A DNA stretch of 62,958 nt, filler included, from Phoronis australis (Eukaryota > Animalia > Phoronida), in NCBI GenBank assembly GCA_002633005.1. It is 10 parts of 10 records of this genome, joined end to end, with 100 filler letters (N's around TTAATTAATTAA, not from the genome) between each part and the next. Parts side by side here need not be neighbours in the genome. Positions count along the whole stretch, not along the records: positions 58,744 to 62,958 come from NMRA01001758.1; 9 more parts are not named here. One strand, written 5' to 3'. Under the pieces are notes generated by a model, which worked only from the letters and a program-made list of their open reading frames with translations, was not told where the DNA came from and made no database searches. This document shows, one piece after another, positions 62,341 to 62,958 of this stretch; the first letter of the stretch is position 1; the number at the start of each line of letters is the position of its first letter. The position numbers and the translations under genes are program-made.

Positions 62341-62958
62341 CACAGCTAATGTTTCTTAACACAGTGGGTTACCTTCTGTTATCAGTGCAACGTGATCATG
62401 CACTTTAACCTGAATGGGGACTGTCGGTTGCTTCTAATACTTAGACTTGCCAGGGACTAAATTAACGTTATTTCTGTTTGAAGTTAGCTACTTTTTTATT
62501 TAACCTGATTATCTCGGTGTTGATTGAAATATTGGTACTCTTTGAATAAAAGGTGCAAGATTGGTCCAATAGCTATAGACGTGCCTTTACATAGAATTAT
62601 AGAACCTCTCAAATTTATGATACATTATGGCTGACAAATGAAATTTTATTTCATCATTTTTGCTATTAACATGTGCACTACTGAATTAAATGCTGTTTCG
62701 TGTTTAAGTTTCATACTACATTTCTCATCAGACATAAATTTTGAGAGGGCGTGGGCATATTTTTGTTGAAGAAAAATTTTGCTACTGCGGGGTCACGGAT
62801 ACGGTAAAGTCGCGTGATTTTCGGACACTGAAAATTAATTCCAATAGAAAAATTTCATTCTTGGACGAATCTCGCGAAATATCATTTTGTGGTGTCCGAA
62901 TTTGGCGGACCTCCAAATTTGGGTTTCCGCTAGTGTCCGAATTTCGTGGGTGTACATT

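Noticed and set aside
58744-62958. Coding exons in the last contig
   Set aside because: No recognisable protein motifs; it appears to be intronic or intergenic with repeats.

Overview
This is AT-rich, intron-containing animal DNA, not prokaryotic. A marine invertebrate deuterostome such as a hemichordate, echinoderm or amphioxus is likely, but that is inference from gene and repeat style. The window is an artificial concatenation of ten unlinked contigs separated by 100-bp spacers (44 N + TTAATTAATTAA + 44 N), so adjacency across spacers means nothing. Reading splice sites by eye gives five partial genes. (1) Four phase-consistent exons of KATNAL2 (minus strand). (2) A 22-exon phase-consistent chain across about 25 kb (minus strand) encoding a mucin/VWF-like protein: TIL and VWC-like Cys modules, then tandemly expanding Thr/Ser/Pro exons alternating with divergent discoidin (F5/8 type C) domains. 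(3) An F-type lectin + Ig + EGF, Tie-like ectodomain. (4) The last two exons of a dual oxidase. (5) A MORN5-like exon. The rest is repeats: two Kolobok-like elements with THAP and KolX-like remnants, a CR1/L2-like LINE with a 2A StopGo motif, an RNase H-bearing LINE, Helentron-like elements, MITEs, tRNA-like SINE heads and minisatellites. No CRISPR array or prokaryotic system is supported. The strongest novelty candidates are the discoidin-PTS mucin showing exon birth and decay, the lectin-capped Tie-like receptor, and a small secreted Cys peptide ORF. All family assignments are motif recognition from memory; no searches were run.
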